Source of the DNA: Thermoplasmata archaeon
GTDB taxonomy: Archaea; Thermoplasmatota; Thermoplasmata; Lutacidiplasmatales; UBA184
Direction: 5' to 3'
Assembly: GCA_052326485.1 (NCBI GenBank)
Contig: JBKQMS010000031.1
Coordinates: forward strand, 16,904-80,903
DNA length: 64,000 bases
This document shows positions 36,164-46,150 of the stretch, piece after piece; the first letter of the stretch is position 1; every line of letters starts with the position of its first letter. The notes under the pieces were generated by a model that had not been told where the DNA came from, made no database searches, and saw only the letters and a list, made by a program, of their open reading frames with translations. The position numbers and the translations under genes are program-made.

Positions 36164-36911
36164 GACCGGGCCAGAGCACGTCCGAGAAGTAGAGCTCGCT
36201 ATAGGCGGCCTGCCAGAGGAGGAAGTTCGAGATCCGCTCCTCCCCGCTCGTCCGGAAGATCAGGTCCGGGTCGGGAAGGTCCGCGGTGTACAGGTGGCGG
36301 GAGACCGCCTCGGAATCGATCTGTTCCGGGGTGAGGCGGCCGTCCCGGACCTCTCGGGCCAGGGCCCGGATCGCCTCCACGATCTCGTCGCGGCCTCCGT
36401 AGGCCAGGGCCACGTTGAACCGGTAGCGCGTGTACTTCTCCGTCGCCTTCTCGGCGACGTCGATCGCTTCCTGCACCCGCGTGGGGAGAAGGGATCGGTT
36501 CCCGATCACCCGGACCCGGATCTGGTGGCGGTGCACGCGCTCGTCGACCGCGATGTCCCGGAGCGCGCGGTCGTAGAGGTCCATGAGCGTTTGAAGCTCC
36601 TCCGGGGACCTAGAGAAGTTCTCGGTGGAGAGGGCGTAGATGGTGAGGATGTTGATGCCGACATCGAGGCACCAGTCGAGCAGCTGCTCCACCGTCTCGC
36701 GCCCTTTCGCGTGGCCCTTCGAGATGTCCAGGCCTTGGGCGACGGCGAACCGACGGTTCCCGTCCATGATGATGGCCAGGTGGTTGGGGACGGGCTCCGA
36801 GCGCACGAGCTCGAGGAGGCGCTTCTCGGTCAGGTCCCGGAGCGCGTCGCTGACCGCATGGGAGAGGTACGGGGAAGCGTGGTCGCGCTTCGGGCGGTCG
36901 GGGTCGGCCAC
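36096..36911 (-). CDS. uppS: undecaprenyl-diphosphate synthase (cis-prenyltransferase)
   Basis: 'HLAIIMDGNRRFA', 'LTIYALSTENFSR' and 'RTSGEERISNFLLWQ' UPPS motifs. Confidence 0.85.
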   Translation of the reverse strand: MADPDRPKRDHASPYLSHAVSDALRDLTEKRLLELVRSEPVPNHLAIIMDGNRRFAVAQGLDISKGHAKGRETVEQLLDWCLDVGINILTIYALSTENFSRSPEELQTLMDLYDRALRDIAVDERVHRHQIRVRVIGNRSLLPTRVQEAIDVAEKATEKYTRYRFNVALAYGGRDEIVEAIRALAREVRDGRLTPEQIDSEAVSRHLYTADLPDPDLIFRTSGEERISNFLLWQAAYSELYFSDVLWPGLTRIDFLRVIRSYQMRRRRFGE

Positions 36912-37350
36912 GCGCCCGCGAGACCGCGACGGAGGATAAGGGGGCGGGCGCCCGGGGGCGAAAGGCCCCGGGCCCGTGGTCGGCCCGGGGCGGGGAGCGC
37001 CCTGGTCGGGAGTTCCGGTCCGGGGGTGTCGGACCCCCGGCTCCTTCGAACCCGAGTCGCAGGCTCGACAGACCTACATCCTAGACCACTAGACTACCAG
37101 GGCAACCCCGATGCGCTAACCGTTCCCTGCTATGAATGTTACTCGCGGTCCCGCCCCCTCGGGTCGCCCAGGCCCTTTCGGACCCCGGAAGGCCCGTCGG
37201 CCCCCGATCCTCGCGCCCGCCCCGGCGGGCGTGCGCGCGCGCGTTCGCACGGCGAGGACCGGCCCTGCGGGCCGACCTCCCTTGCGAGTCCAGAATCTCG
37301 TTTATGTAGCGAGCGCTCCCATTTCCCCGTCTACCGACGAGGGGACGACG
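36912..37350. other. 440-bp GC-rich non-coding block with several perfect hairpins
   Basis: No credible ORF. Hairpins include GCCCGGGG-GCGAAAGG-CCCCGGGC (36950-36973) and CCGGGGG-TGTCGGA-CCCCCGG (~37019-37039). A 'CCCGGAAGG' tetraloop-like element sits at ~37185. Confidence 0.3.
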
Positions 37351-37503
37351 ATGGCAACGATGATGAGCTGGGCTCTTGCGATCCTGGGCATTCTGGGACT
37401 GGTCCTGTTCCTCCACCACCTCGGGGTCGACGTGACGGCCAGCGTGGGTGCGATGCTTCGCGGGACCGAGCATATCCTCGCGCAGCCCCTCTTCTCGCTC
37501 TAG
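37351..37503 (+). CDS. putative 50-aa hydrophobic small protein
   Basis: ATG preceded by 'GAGGGGACGACG'. Translation is 'MATMMSWALAILGILGLVLFLHHLGVDVTASVGAMLRGTEHILAQPLFSL', a single TM helix. Uncertain. Confidence 0.3.
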   Translation: MATMMSWALAILGILGLVLFLHHLGVDVTASVGAMLRGTEHILAQPLFSL

Positions 37504-37528
37504 CGAGATCGGGACCGGACGGCCGACC

Positions 37529-38521
37529 CTACGCGGAACGGCGCCGGGCGAGGACGCCCGCGAGCTCCCTCGGAGGAACGACCCCGCTCGGAGTGACGAA
37601 CGCGCTGACGAACTTCGCCGGCGTCACGTCGAACGCCGGGTTGCGGGCGTGGCTCCTTCGCGGCGCGATCCGGTGGCCCGCCATCTCGAGGACCTCCTCT
37701 TCCGACCGTTCCTCGACCGGGATTCCCGTTCCGTCCCGTCGACGAGCGTCGAACGTGCTCCACGGCGCCGCTACGTAGAACGGGATCCCGTTCTCCCGGG
37801 CGACGACCGCCTTCTCGTAGGTGCCGATCTTGTTCGCAAAGTCCCCGTTGCGGGCGATCCGGTCGGCGCCGACGATGACCGCGTCGACCTGGCCTGCCTT
37901 CATGAACGCCCCGGCGGCGTTGTCGACGATCACGGCATGGGGGATCCTCTCGCGCGCGAGCTCCCACGCGGTGAGCCGTGCGCCCTGGAGCAGCGGCCGC
38001 GTCTCGTCCACCCAAACGAAGAGGTCGGCCCCCCGGTCCCGGGCGACCCGTATCGGGGCGAGGGCCGTCCCCCACTCGACCGTGGCGAGCGCTCCCGCGT
38101 TGCAGTGCGTCAGGACCCGATGGGCGCGTCGGAGGAGAGGCGCCCCCGCGATACCGATGCGGTGGCATTCCTCGACGATCTGCGCACGGTACCCGTCCGC
38201 CGCCTCGAGCGGGTCTTCGCCCGCGACCCAGGCGGTCCGGACCGCTTCGACGCCGACCGCGAGGTCTACCGCGGTCGGGCGCGTGGACCGAAGCAGCTTC
38301 GCCGTACGCTGGGGAGAGTACCCCCCCTCTCGGTGCGCGAGGGCCATCCCGTAGGCCGCCGCAACCCCAATCGCCGGCGCTCCGCGCACGGTCATCGACC
38401 GGATCGCATCGGCCACTTCTCGAACACGGTGCAGGTGCCGGAGGACGGTCCGCGCCGGCAGCTCCCGCTGGTCGATGAGGTGGAGGGCCCCGTCGCGGTA
38501 CCAGAGGGCACGAACCGGCAT
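37529..38521 (-). CDS. mtnA: eIF-2B alpha/beta/delta-like isomerase (MtnA / ribose-1,5-bisphosphate isomerase family)
   Basis: 'VRGAPAIGVAAAYG', 'HCNAGALAT' and 'VIVGADRIARNGD' motifs. Confidence 0.8.
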   Translation of the reverse strand: MPVRALWYRDGALHLIDQRELPARTVLRHLHRVREVADAIRSMTVRGAPAIGVAAAYGMALAHREGGYSPQRTAKLLRSTRPTAVDLAVGVEAVRTAWVAGEDPLEAADGYRAQIVEECHRIGIAGAPLLRRAHRVLTHCNAGALATVEWGTALAPIRVARDRGADLFVWVDETRPLLQGARLTAWELARERIPHAVIVDNAAGAFMKAGQVDAVIVGADRIARNGDFANKIGTYEKAVVARENGIPFYVAAPWSTFDARRRDGTGIPVEERSEEEVLEMAGHRIAPRRSHARNPAFDVTPAKFVSAFVTPSGVVPPRELAGVLARRRSA

Positions 38522-38529
38522 CGGCCCCC

Positions 38530-39552
38530 CTAGGCTTCGAACGTGTGCATGAGGTCGAGCCAGTCCGGGGTCACCGTCTTCGGGTGATCGAGCGCTTCGT
38601 CGAGAGGGATCCCGGTCACGGTCGGACCCCGTAGGACGGCGACCTCTCCGAACCGACCCGCGATCGCGAGGTCGACCGCGCAGGCGCCAAGGCGGGTCGC
38701 GAGGATCCGGTCGAAGAGCACCGCCGGGCCTCCGCGTTGGATGTGCCCGATCTGGGCGCTGCGGGTCTCCACGCCGGTCCCCTCCTGGATCCGTCGAGCG
38801 AGGTCGGCGCCGACCTCCCTCTCCCGAAGGAGCTCGTGGCCGAACTCGTCTTTCGCCCCGGCCGAGCCCCGACGCGGGCCGAGGTCGATCCCTTCGCTGG
38901 CCACGACGAGGGCGTATCCGCGAGCCTCGACGGCGGCGCGGACGTGCGCGAGGAGCGCGGACTCGTCGTACTTCTCCTCCGGGACGAGCGTGGCGTCGGC
39001 CCCGCCGGCGAGCCCGGTCGCGAGCGCGACCCAGCCGGCGTGACGGCCCATGACCTCGAGGATGATCGCGCGGTGGTGGCTACCGGCGGTATCGCGGAGC
39101 CGCTCGAGGGCGTCCACGGCGACCGCGGTCGCCGAGTGGAACCCGAACGTCCAGTCGGTGCCACCGACGTCGTTGTCCATCGTCTTGGGGACGCCGACCA
39201 CGTGGCCTCCCCGTCGATGGAGCTCGCGGGCGGCGGAGAGCGTGTCGTCCCCGCCGATCGCGACGAGGGCATCGAGGCGATGACGCGCCAAGGTCTCGAG
39301 GACCTTCGCGCCGTCGGCCTCTTTCGCGAACGGGTTCGTCCGCGAGCTGCCGAGGATCGTGCCTCCCTTCCCGAGGAGGTCGGCCACATCCGCGACCGAC
39401 AGCGGGCGGGTCGCGTCGTCCCGGACCCCCTTCCAGCCGTCCAGAAAACCGATCGTGTCGTGGCCGAACTTGGCCGCGCGGCGAACGACGGCGCGGATGG
39501 CGGGGTTCAGACCCGGGCAGTCTCCACCGCCCGTCAAGACGCCGAACTTCAC
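38530..39552 (-). CDS. 6-phosphofructokinase (PfkA family, ATP- or PPi-dependent)
   Basis: 'KFGVLTGGGDCPGLNPAIR', 'IGGDDTLS', 'VPKTMDNDV'. GTG start overlaps the upstream M24 peptidase stop (GTGA). Confidence 0.8.
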   Translation of the reverse strand: MKFGVLTGGGDCPGLNPAIRAVVRRAAKFGHDTIGFLDGWKGVRDDATRPLSVADVADLLGKGGTILGSSRTNPFAKEADGAKVLETLARHRLDALVAIGGDDTLSAARELHRRGGHVVGVPKTMDNDVGGTDWTFGFHSATAVAVDALERLRDTAGSHHRAIILEVMGRHAGWVALATGLAGGADATLVPEEKYDESALLAHVRAAVEARGYALVVASEGIDLGPRRGSAGAKDEFGHELLREREVGADLARRIQEGTGVETRSAQIGHIQRGGPAVLFDRILATRLGACAVDLAIAGRFGEVAVLRGPTVTGIPLDEALDHPKTVTPDWLDLMHTFEA

Positions 39553-40655
39553 GCCGGGACCTCGAGGTACGACCGGGGCGCGGTCGTGAGGAACTCGTAG
39601 CCGTTCTTCGTGACGACGATGTCGTCCTCGATCCGCACTCCGCCCTTCCCGGGAAGATAGATGCCGGGTTCGACCGTGAACGCCATCCCCTCCTCGATCA
39701 GGTCGTCCGACTTCGGCCCGTACCCCCAACCGTCGTGGACCGCGAGCCCGATCGAGTGCCCGACCCCGTGCGTGAGCCGGCCCTTCCAGCGCGACGCGTT
39801 GATGACGGCCTCGGCCGCGAGGTGCACCTCGCGGGCGGGAACGCCCGGACGGATCGCGGCGAGCGCCGCGTTCTGGGACGCCTCGACCGTGTCGTGGACC
39901 GCCTTCATCTCCTCGTCCCGCGGGCCGAAGTGGAACGACCGAGTGATGTCGCTCACGTAGCGCCGGTGGATCGCCCCGAAGTCACAGACGATCGACTGCC
40001 CCGGCGCCAGTCGGGTGTCCCCGGGCTGGTAGTGGGGCTCGGCGCCGTGGGGGCCGAACGCGACGATCGTGGCGAACGAGCGACCGCTCGCTCCGTGCAG
40101 GTTCATCCGGTACTCCATCTGGGCCGAGAGCTCGAGCTCGGTGATTCCGGTCTTGAGGAGCGACGGGATCTCGCGCCCCACCTCGGAGCCGATCTGGGCC
40201 GCCTTTCGGATGCGTTCGATCTCCTGAGGCTCCTTCGTCACTCGCGCGTTCCGGATGGCGGCCGACGCGTCGACCCACGTGGTCTGAGGGAGAAGCTTCG
40301 CGAGCCGAACGTACCACTCGTGCGTGAGCTCCTTGTCGTTGAGGCCGACCGACTTGGCGCCCTCGAGCTTCTTCTGGATGGACGGGTCGGACTCGTCCCG
40401 GTTCACGACCTCCACGTGGACGTCCGGGTCGAGTTTCGCGGCCTCGAACGCGGTCTCCGCCTCGAGGGGCGAGCTGATGATGTCCAGCTCCCCGTCGGGG
40501 TGGGCGATCGCGACCGAGCCCTCGAACAGCCCGGCGGGCACGTCGAACAGATAGAAGAACGACTGGTCCAGGTGCGGGTCGACCGCGTTCGCGAGAAGCA
40601 GAGCGTCCGGCTTCGGGTCGAGGCGCGCGAATACCTTCTGGACTCGGGCCTTCAT
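39549..40655 (-). CDS. M24-family Xaa-Pro aminopeptidase / prolidase
   Basis: Pita-bread fold metal ligands 'HGVGHSIGLAVHD', 'EEGMAFTVEPGIY'. Confidence 0.8.
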   Translation of the reverse strand: MKARVQKVFARLDPKPDALLLANAVDPHLDQSFFYLFDVPAGLFEGSVAIAHPDGELDIISSPLEAETAFEAAKLDPDVHVEVVNRDESDPSIQKKLEGAKSVGLNDKELTHEWYVRLAKLLPQTTWVDASAAIRNARVTKEPQEIERIRKAAQIGSEVGREIPSLLKTGITELELSAQMEYRMNLHGASGRSFATIVAFGPHGAEPHYQPGDTRLAPGQSIVCDFGAIHRRYVSDITRSFHFGPRDEEMKAVHDTVEASQNAALAAIRPGVPAREVHLAAEAVINASRWKGRLTHGVGHSIGLAVHDGWGYGPKSDDLIEEGMAFTVEPGIYLPGKGGVRIEDDIVVTKNGYEFLTTAPRSYLEVPA

Positions 40656-40670
40656 GCCCCGGCCACGCCG

Positions 40671-42137
40671 CTAGGGGGTTTCAACTTTTGCGCCGGCGGC
40701 CCGCAGGTCCTTCCACGAGAGGAGCGGCTCGCGCGCCGCCCGCACCTCGTCGACCCGGGTGACGGCGAGCGACCGAGGAGCGGCGTGCAGGTTCTCGGCG
40801 GTGTCCGAGATCGCCCGCTCGAACGCCGCGACGTATCCGTCCAGCTCCCGTTTGCTCTCGGTCTCGGGAAGCTCGATCATGAGCGACTCGTCGACGAGCG
40901 CCGGGAAGTAGATCGTCGGAGCGTGGACCCCCTCGTCGAGGAGGCGCTTCGCGAGGTCGAGGGTGCGGACGCCCCGCTCCTTGAGCGGAGCGCCGGAGAG
41001 CACGAACTCGTGCTTGACGAGCGTGCGGAACGGACGGGGAAGGTACTTCCCGAGCCGCGAGGCGACGTAGTTCGAGTTGAGGACGGCCCGGCGCGAGATG
41101 TGCTTCAGTCCCTCCTCGCCGTGCGACTGGATGAACGCGTACGCCCTCAGGTCGAGCCCGAAGTTCCCGTAGGCCGTCTTGATCTTCCCGATCGACTTCG
41201 GCCGGTCGTAGTCGAGCCGGAACTTCCGTCCCTCCTTCACGACGCGCGGGACCGGCAGGTACGGGCCGAGCTTCTCCCCCGCCGCGAGCACGCCGGCGCC
41301 GGGCCCGCCGCCGCCGTGAGGGGTTCCGAACGTCTTGTGGAGGTTCAGGTGGGCGACGTCGAACCCCATCCGGCCCGGGTGGGTGACGCCGAGGATCGCG
41401 TTCAGGTTCGCACCGTCGTAGTACAGGAGGGCCCCGACGCTGTGGACCGCCTCGGCGATCTCGAGGATCTCGCTCTCGAACAGGCCGGCCGTGTTCGGGT
41501 TCGTCAGCATGAACGCCGCCGTCTTCTTCGACAGGGCACGGCGGAGCTCGTCGACGTCGACGCTGCCGTCCTTGTCCGGGATCTCCCGGGTCGAGAACCC
41601 TGCCATGCTCGCCGAGGCGGGGTTGGTGCCGTGGGCGGTATCGGGCAGGAGGACCTCGGTCCGTTCGGCGAGGTCGCCCTGGTCACGGAAGTACGCGCGT
41701 ACCATGAGCATCGCCGCGTACTCCCCGTGCGCTCCCGCGGCCGGTTGCAGTGAGATCTCGGGAAGCCCGGTGATGCGGGCGAGGAGCCGCTCGAGCCGCC
41801 AGGTCACCTCGAGGGAGCCCTGGACCGTGGCCTCGGGCTGGTACGGGTGGACGTCGGCGGCTCCCGGGCGACGAGCGAGGAGCTCCGAGACCTTGGGGTT
41901 GTACTTCATCGTGCACGACCCGAGCGGATAGGTGGCCGTGTCGATCCCGAAGTTCATCTGAGATAGGCGGGTATAATGCCGGACCACCTCGAGCTCGGAG
42001 AGCTCGGGCCACCGGACCGCCTGCTTGCGGCGAAGTCTCTCAGGGATCCCCGAGATCTCTGGAAGAGCTTCCCCCATCCGCGGAGGAGCCAGGTCCCAGA
42101 CCGCGGGCTCGTCCCAACGGGCCTGTTGGAACGTCAT
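40671..42137 (-). CDS. gcvPB: glycine dehydrogenase (decarboxylating) subunit 2
   Basis: PLP-lysine region 'HLNLHKTFGTPHGGGGPG'. ATG overlaps the gcvPA stop (ATGA). Confidence 0.85.
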   Translation of the reverse strand: MTFQQARWDEPAVWDLAPPRMGEALPEISGIPERLRRKQAVRWPELSELEVVRHYTRLSQMNFGIDTATYPLGSCTMKYNPKVSELLARRPGAADVHPYQPEATVQGSLEVTWRLERLLARITGLPEISLQPAAGAHGEYAAMLMVRAYFRDQGDLAERTEVLLPDTAHGTNPASASMAGFSTREIPDKDGSVDVDELRRALSKKTAAFMLTNPNTAGLFESEILEIAEAVHSVGALLYYDGANLNAILGVTHPGRMGFDVAHLNLHKTFGTPHGGGGPGAGVLAAGEKLGPYLPVPRVVKEGRKFRLDYDRPKSIGKIKTAYGNFGLDLRAYAFIQSHGEEGLKHISRRAVLNSNYVASRLGKYLPRPFRTLVKHEFVLSGAPLKERGVRTLDLAKRLLDEGVHAPTIYFPALVDESLMIELPETESKRELDGYVAAFERAISDTAENLHAAPRSLAVTRVDEVRAAREPLLSWKDLRAAGAKVETP

Positions 42138-43516
42138 GCCGTCCTCCCTACCGCGTTGATCGCGGCCTCGGCCGCCCGGACGTACTTCTGGATGTCCTTG
42201 TCGTCGGTGCCCTCCGGGATCCCGACCAGGACCCGCTCCGCGTCGGAGGGGGCGCCCGGTCTCGGGTCCTTCAGCGAGTGCCCGCCGAGCACCTTGCGTC
42301 GCCGCAGGCGGTCGAGGAACTCGTCGGCCGTACCGCGACGCAGTTCGACCGTGAACTCGCCCAGATACGGAGCATCGAATCGCGGAGCCTGGAGGCCTTG
42401 GATGCTTCCGAGGCCGCTCGCGAGAGTACGCGCCTTCTCGGCGAGGGAGGCCTGGAGCCGGGCGAGGCCCCGGGGCCCGACGACGGACGCATACACTACG
42501 AAGGCGAGGGCCATCAGCGACTCGTTGGTGCAGATGTTCGACGTGGCCTTCGAGCGACGGATGTGTTGTTCGCGGGTCACGAGGGTCAGGGCGAACGCCC
42601 GCCGTCCCTCGGTGTCGACCGTCGCCCCGACCATCCTTCCCGGAGCGGAGCGCACGTGCTCCTTGCGGCACGCGAACAGTCCGAGCAGAGGTCCGCCGAA
42701 CGAGGGCGCGATACCGAACCCCTGCCCCTCCCCGACGACCACATCGGCCCCGTAGTTCCCCGGCGCCTCGAGGACCGAGAGCGAGAGCGGGTCCGCCGAA
42801 ACGACGAGCGGAACGTCCCCCAGGATCGACTTGAGCTCGGGCACGCCCTCGTCCACGTGGCCGAAGCCGTTCGGCACGTCGGCGAGGACCCCGAACACGT
42901 CCTTCTTCGCCACCGCGGCCCGAACGAACTCGAGGTCGAGCCGCCCGGTGCGGTCGTCGTATGGGATCCCTTCGACACGAAGCCCAGGGCCGCTCGCGTA
43001 GTTCTCGAGGACACTGCGCTCTTCCCAGGGCAGGCTGGCCGGGACCAAGAAGCGCGTCCCCTCGTGGAGTCTTCGACAGAAGAGGAGCGCTTCCCCCGCG
43101 GCCGTCGCTCCGTCGTAGAGGGAGGCGTTCGCCACGTCGAGCCCGGTCATCTCGACCCAGAGGCTCTGGAACTCGAACAGGGTCCGTAGCATCCCCTGGC
43201 TGGCCTCGGCCTGGTACGGGGTGTACGCCGAGTAGAACTCGCTGCGAGAGACGATCGCGTCCACGGCCGCCGGAGAATACCGACCGACGATCCTTCCCCC
43301 GAGGAAGCTCGAGAACTTGGACAGCGGTCGGTTCCGCTCGAGGAGCCGGTCGACCTCCGCCACGACCTCCGGCTCGTCGCGTGCCGGGCCGACGCCCATC
43401 CGACCGATACGGGCCCGCTTCGGGACATCGGTGAAGAGCGCGTCCGTCGAGCTGATCCCCAAGGCTTCGAGCAGCGCGGCCTCCTCACCTGGCTCATCCG
43501 GAATCCAACGCGGCAC
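42134..43516 (-). CDS. gcvPA: glycine dehydrogenase (decarboxylating) subunit 1
   Basis: 'SAYTPYQAEASQG', 'ICTNESL'. Confidence 0.85.
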   Translation of the reverse strand: MPRWIPDEPGEEAALLEALGISSTDALFTDVPKRARIGRMGVGPARDEPEVVAEVDRLLERNRPLSKFSSFLGGRIVGRYSPAAVDAIVSRSEFYSAYTPYQAEASQGMLRTLFEFQSLWVEMTGLDVANASLYDGATAAGEALLFCRRLHEGTRFLVPASLPWEERSVLENYASGPGLRVEGIPYDDRTGRLDLEFVRAAVAKKDVFGVLADVPNGFGHVDEGVPELKSILGDVPLVVSADPLSLSVLEAPGNYGADVVVGEGQGFGIAPSFGGPLLGLFACRKEHVRSAPGRMVGATVDTEGRRAFALTLVTREQHIRRSKATSNICTNESLMALAFVVYASVVGPRGLARLQASLAEKARTLASGLGSIQGLQAPRFDAPYLGEFTVELRRGTADEFLDRLRRRKVLGGHSLKDPRPGAPSDAERVLVGIPEGTDDKDIQKYVRAAEAAINAVGRTA

Positions 43517-43661
43517 GGAGGCTCACCGGGGGTTGGGAGCGGCAGTGGCCATAAATCGTTCTCGTCTCACCGGCCGAACGAGGGGGGAGACGGAAGGGGA
43601 ATCCGACGCTATCGGACGAGGGCAAAGGTATTCGGGGCGACGGGCTCCGTGCGCGGGGACC

Positions 43662-44747
43662 ATGACGCAGGTACGAAGTCGACGGGGAAGCGCTCGGCGA
43701 GCCCTGCCCCCGCCTCCACCGTCCGTCGCCATCCTCGACGTCGCGTTCCACCGGGCGTCCCTCGCGACGCCTCGGGGCGAGAACAAGGCCGCCCGCGACC
43801 GCCTCCGCGCGGAGCTCAAGATCGTGCGGAGCTCGGCCACGGTCGTCCGTCACCTGCGGCTCGAGACCCGACGGTTCGTCCGAAGCCCCCCCACGGCATT
43901 CGAAGCGACGCTGCTCTCCCAAACGTTCGGTTCTGGCAGCCTCGAGCGCGCCCTCACCCGAGTGCGACGCGCCGAGGAACGGATCCGGGGCCTCGCTCAA
44001 GCCGCCGAGCGGGCCACGAAGGGGGCGTCGGGCTCGGAGGAGCTGGGCGACCAGATCCGCGCGTTCTACGGCCGGTTATCGAGCTTCGTCCGCGAGATCG
44101 ATGCGGACCTAGAGATCCTCCGCGAGATGGGAAGGTTCCTCGACGACCGGCCGCACCTCGACCCGGCCGCTCCGACCCTGGTCGTTGCCGGGTTCCCGAA
44201 CGTCGGCAAGTCGTCGCTCGTGGCGCGCCTTTCCTCGGCACACCCCAAGGTAGCGGACTACCCGTTCACCACGCTCTCCATCGCCGTCGGCCACGCCGAC
44301 CTCGGCTTCGACCGTCTCCAGGTGCTCGATACCCCGGGAGTTCTGGGCCGGACCGGCCGCTCGAACCCCGCCGAGACCGAGGCGCGCACCGCGGTCCGAG
44401 GGGTCGCGACGGTCGTCGTCTTCGTCATCGACCCCTCCGGGAAGTGTGGGTATCCCGTAGAGGAGCAGGAACAGCTGCTCGCCCGCTGGAAGGAGGAGTT
44501 CCCCCAACTCCCGATCATCGCGGTCGAGACGAAGTGCGACCTCGTGCGTCGGCCGACCGACCGTCTCCAGGTCTCGGCCACCACCGGAGAGGGCCTCGAG
44601 TCGCTCGAGGCGCAGGTTCGCGAGCTCGTCCTCCCCCGCGGGGAGCTCCCTCCGATGCAGGAAGCCGTCGTCGAGGAGACGACGGCGGAGCCCGACTACG
44701 AGGAGCGCCCTTCCCGCCGACCGTCCTCCCGTCGCGGGGGTTCCTGA
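43662..44747 (+). CDS. NOG1-type GTP-binding protein
   Basis: NOG1 N-terminal domain then a G domain: 'AGFPNVGKSS' (G1), 'DTPG' (G3), 'TKCD' (G4). Confidence 0.7.
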   Translation: MTQVRSRRGSARRALPPPPPSVAILDVAFHRASLATPRGENKAARDRLRAELKIVRSSATVVRHLRLETRRFVRSPPTAFEATLLSQTFGSGSLERALTRVRRAEERIRGLAQAAERATKGASGSEELGDQIRAFYGRLSSFVREIDADLEILREMGRFLDDRPHLDPAAPTLVVAGFPNVGKSSLVARLSSAHPKVADYPFTTLSIAVGHADLGFDRLQVLDTPGVLGRTGRSNPAETEARTAVRGVATVVVFVIDPSGKCGYPVEEQEQLLARWKEEFPQLPIIAVETKCDLVRRPTDRLQVSATTGEGLESLEAQVRELVLPRGELPPMQEAVVEETTAEPDYEERPSRRPSSRRGGS

Positions 44748-44831
44748 GACAGCGCGTCCTGACCGGCGTCACGCCGTCGACTTGCGCGGAACGCGTTCGG
44801 CGCGGATGCGCCCGAGGCAGGCGGTTTCGCC

Positions 44832-46064
44832 TCAGATGCCGAAAGCCTTCCCGTTCTCAGGAAGGACGACGCGGCACGTTGACTCGAGGGCCTGCCGTAG
44901 GGGGTCGCGCTGGTCGCCGTGCATGAGCACGACGGTCTCGGCACGGGACTCCTTCGCCACCCTCACGAGCTCGGAGTGGCCGGCGTGGGCCGAGAAGTCG
45001 AACTGCAGGACCTCGCACGACGGATGGATCACCGTGTCGTCGACGGTGAGCGTGCCCTGGTCGAGGAGCTGGCGCCCGTTCGATCCCTCCACCTGGTACC
45101 CGGTGAGAAGGATCGAGTTGTTCGCATTGCGGTAGAGCTCGCCGATGTAGTAGAGCACCGGCCCACCGTCCAACATGCCGCCGGTCGTGATGATCACCTC
45201 GGCCTCGCGGAGCGCCTTACGTCGGTCCCCCGGATGCTCGACCACGTGGACGCCGTCGAGCGCTCGGCGGAAGCGGCGAGCGTCCGCGAGATACTCCGGG
45301 GCGGCCTCGTAGATCTCGTTGACCGAGCGTGCCATCCCGTCGAGGTACGTCTCGAACCCGGCCGAAGCGAGCGACATCATCACTTCTTGCGCGCGTCCGA
45401 CCGCGAACGCGGGCACGATCGCCTTTCCCCCTCGGTCGATCGTCTCTTCGATCTTGTCGCGGAACTTCCGCTCCGTCTCGCGGCGGTCCGGGTGCTCGCG
45501 GCCGGAATAGGTGGATTCCATCACGAGCACGTCGCACTCGAGCGGCTCGGCTCCCCCGACGAGATGGGTAGGGGTCGTCTGGAGGTCGCCCGTGAACAGG
45601 ACGTCCTTCTCCCCGCGGTAGAGGATCATCGAGGCCCCGGGGATGTGGCCCGCCGGGGTGAATTCGACCTCGATGCCATGGTGGCGGAAGATACCGTGGC
45701 GGTCGACCGCGGTGAACCGGGCGTGGAGCGAGTGGATGTCCGCGGGAGTGTATGGCGCGAGGTACCCTTCGAGCCGGGCGATCTTGAGCGCGTCCTTCGT
45801 GAGGAGGTCGGCGACGGCGATCGTCACCGGGGTCGCGATGAGCCGGGCCTTGGGGAGTCGGCTCAGGAGCGGTGTCATGCCCGAATGGTCTAGGTGGGCG
45901 TGGGAGAGGAACGCGATGTCGACGTTGGTGGGAGCGGGTCGCGGGTAGGTCGGAGGATCGGTCGGCGTCAGCCCGTAGTCGAAGAGCAGCGTGCGGCCCT
46001 GGTCCCGGACGACCAGCCCGAGGGAGCCGATCTCCGAGGCACCCCCAAGGAATTGGAATTCCAT
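44832..46064 (-). CDS. MBL-fold beta-CASP ribonuclease (aCPSF2 / RNase J-like)
   Basis: 'LSHAHLDHSG' metallo-beta-lactamase motif 2, beta-CASP motifs and C-terminal His ligands. Confidence 0.8.
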   Translation of the reverse strand: MEFQFLGGASEIGSLGLVVRDQGRTLLFDYGLTPTDPPTYPRPAPTNVDIAFLSHAHLDHSGMTPLLSRLPKARLIATPVTIAVADLLTKDALKIARLEGYLAPYTPADIHSLHARFTAVDRHGIFRHHGIEVEFTPAGHIPGASMILYRGEKDVLFTGDLQTTPTHLVGGAEPLECDVLVMESTYSGREHPDRRETERKFRDKIEETIDRGGKAIVPAFAVGRAQEVMMSLASAGFETYLDGMARSVNEIYEAAPEYLADARRFRRALDGVHVVEHPGDRRKALREAEVIITTGGMLDGGPVLYYIGELYRNANNSILLTGYQVEGSNGRQLLDQGTLTVDDTVIHPSCEVLQFDFSAHAGHSELVRVAKESRAETVVLMHGDQRDPLRQALESTCRVVLPENGKAFGI

Positions 46065-46150
46065 CGGCGGGCCGAACGGTCCTCCCTCTTAAGGTACTAT
46101 GCGAAGGCGGCAGGGGAAGGCATCTTTACCCGCTCCCCCGTGCGGCGGTC

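Noticed and set aside
36912-37350. Possible archaeal SRP (7S) RNA or RNase P RNA in the long GC-rich intergenic block
   Set aside because: A CCCGGAAGG element resembles the SRP helix-8 tetraloop, but the AGCAG/AAGCAGCC motif is absent. No RNase P P4 motif (AGGAAAGUCC-like) is present either. Kept only as an unclassified structured region.
39735-41753. 672-aa plus-strand ORF antisense to the M24 peptidase and gcvPB
   Set aside because: No motifs and an RDGE-rich translation. The opposite strand encodes two well-conserved enzymes.
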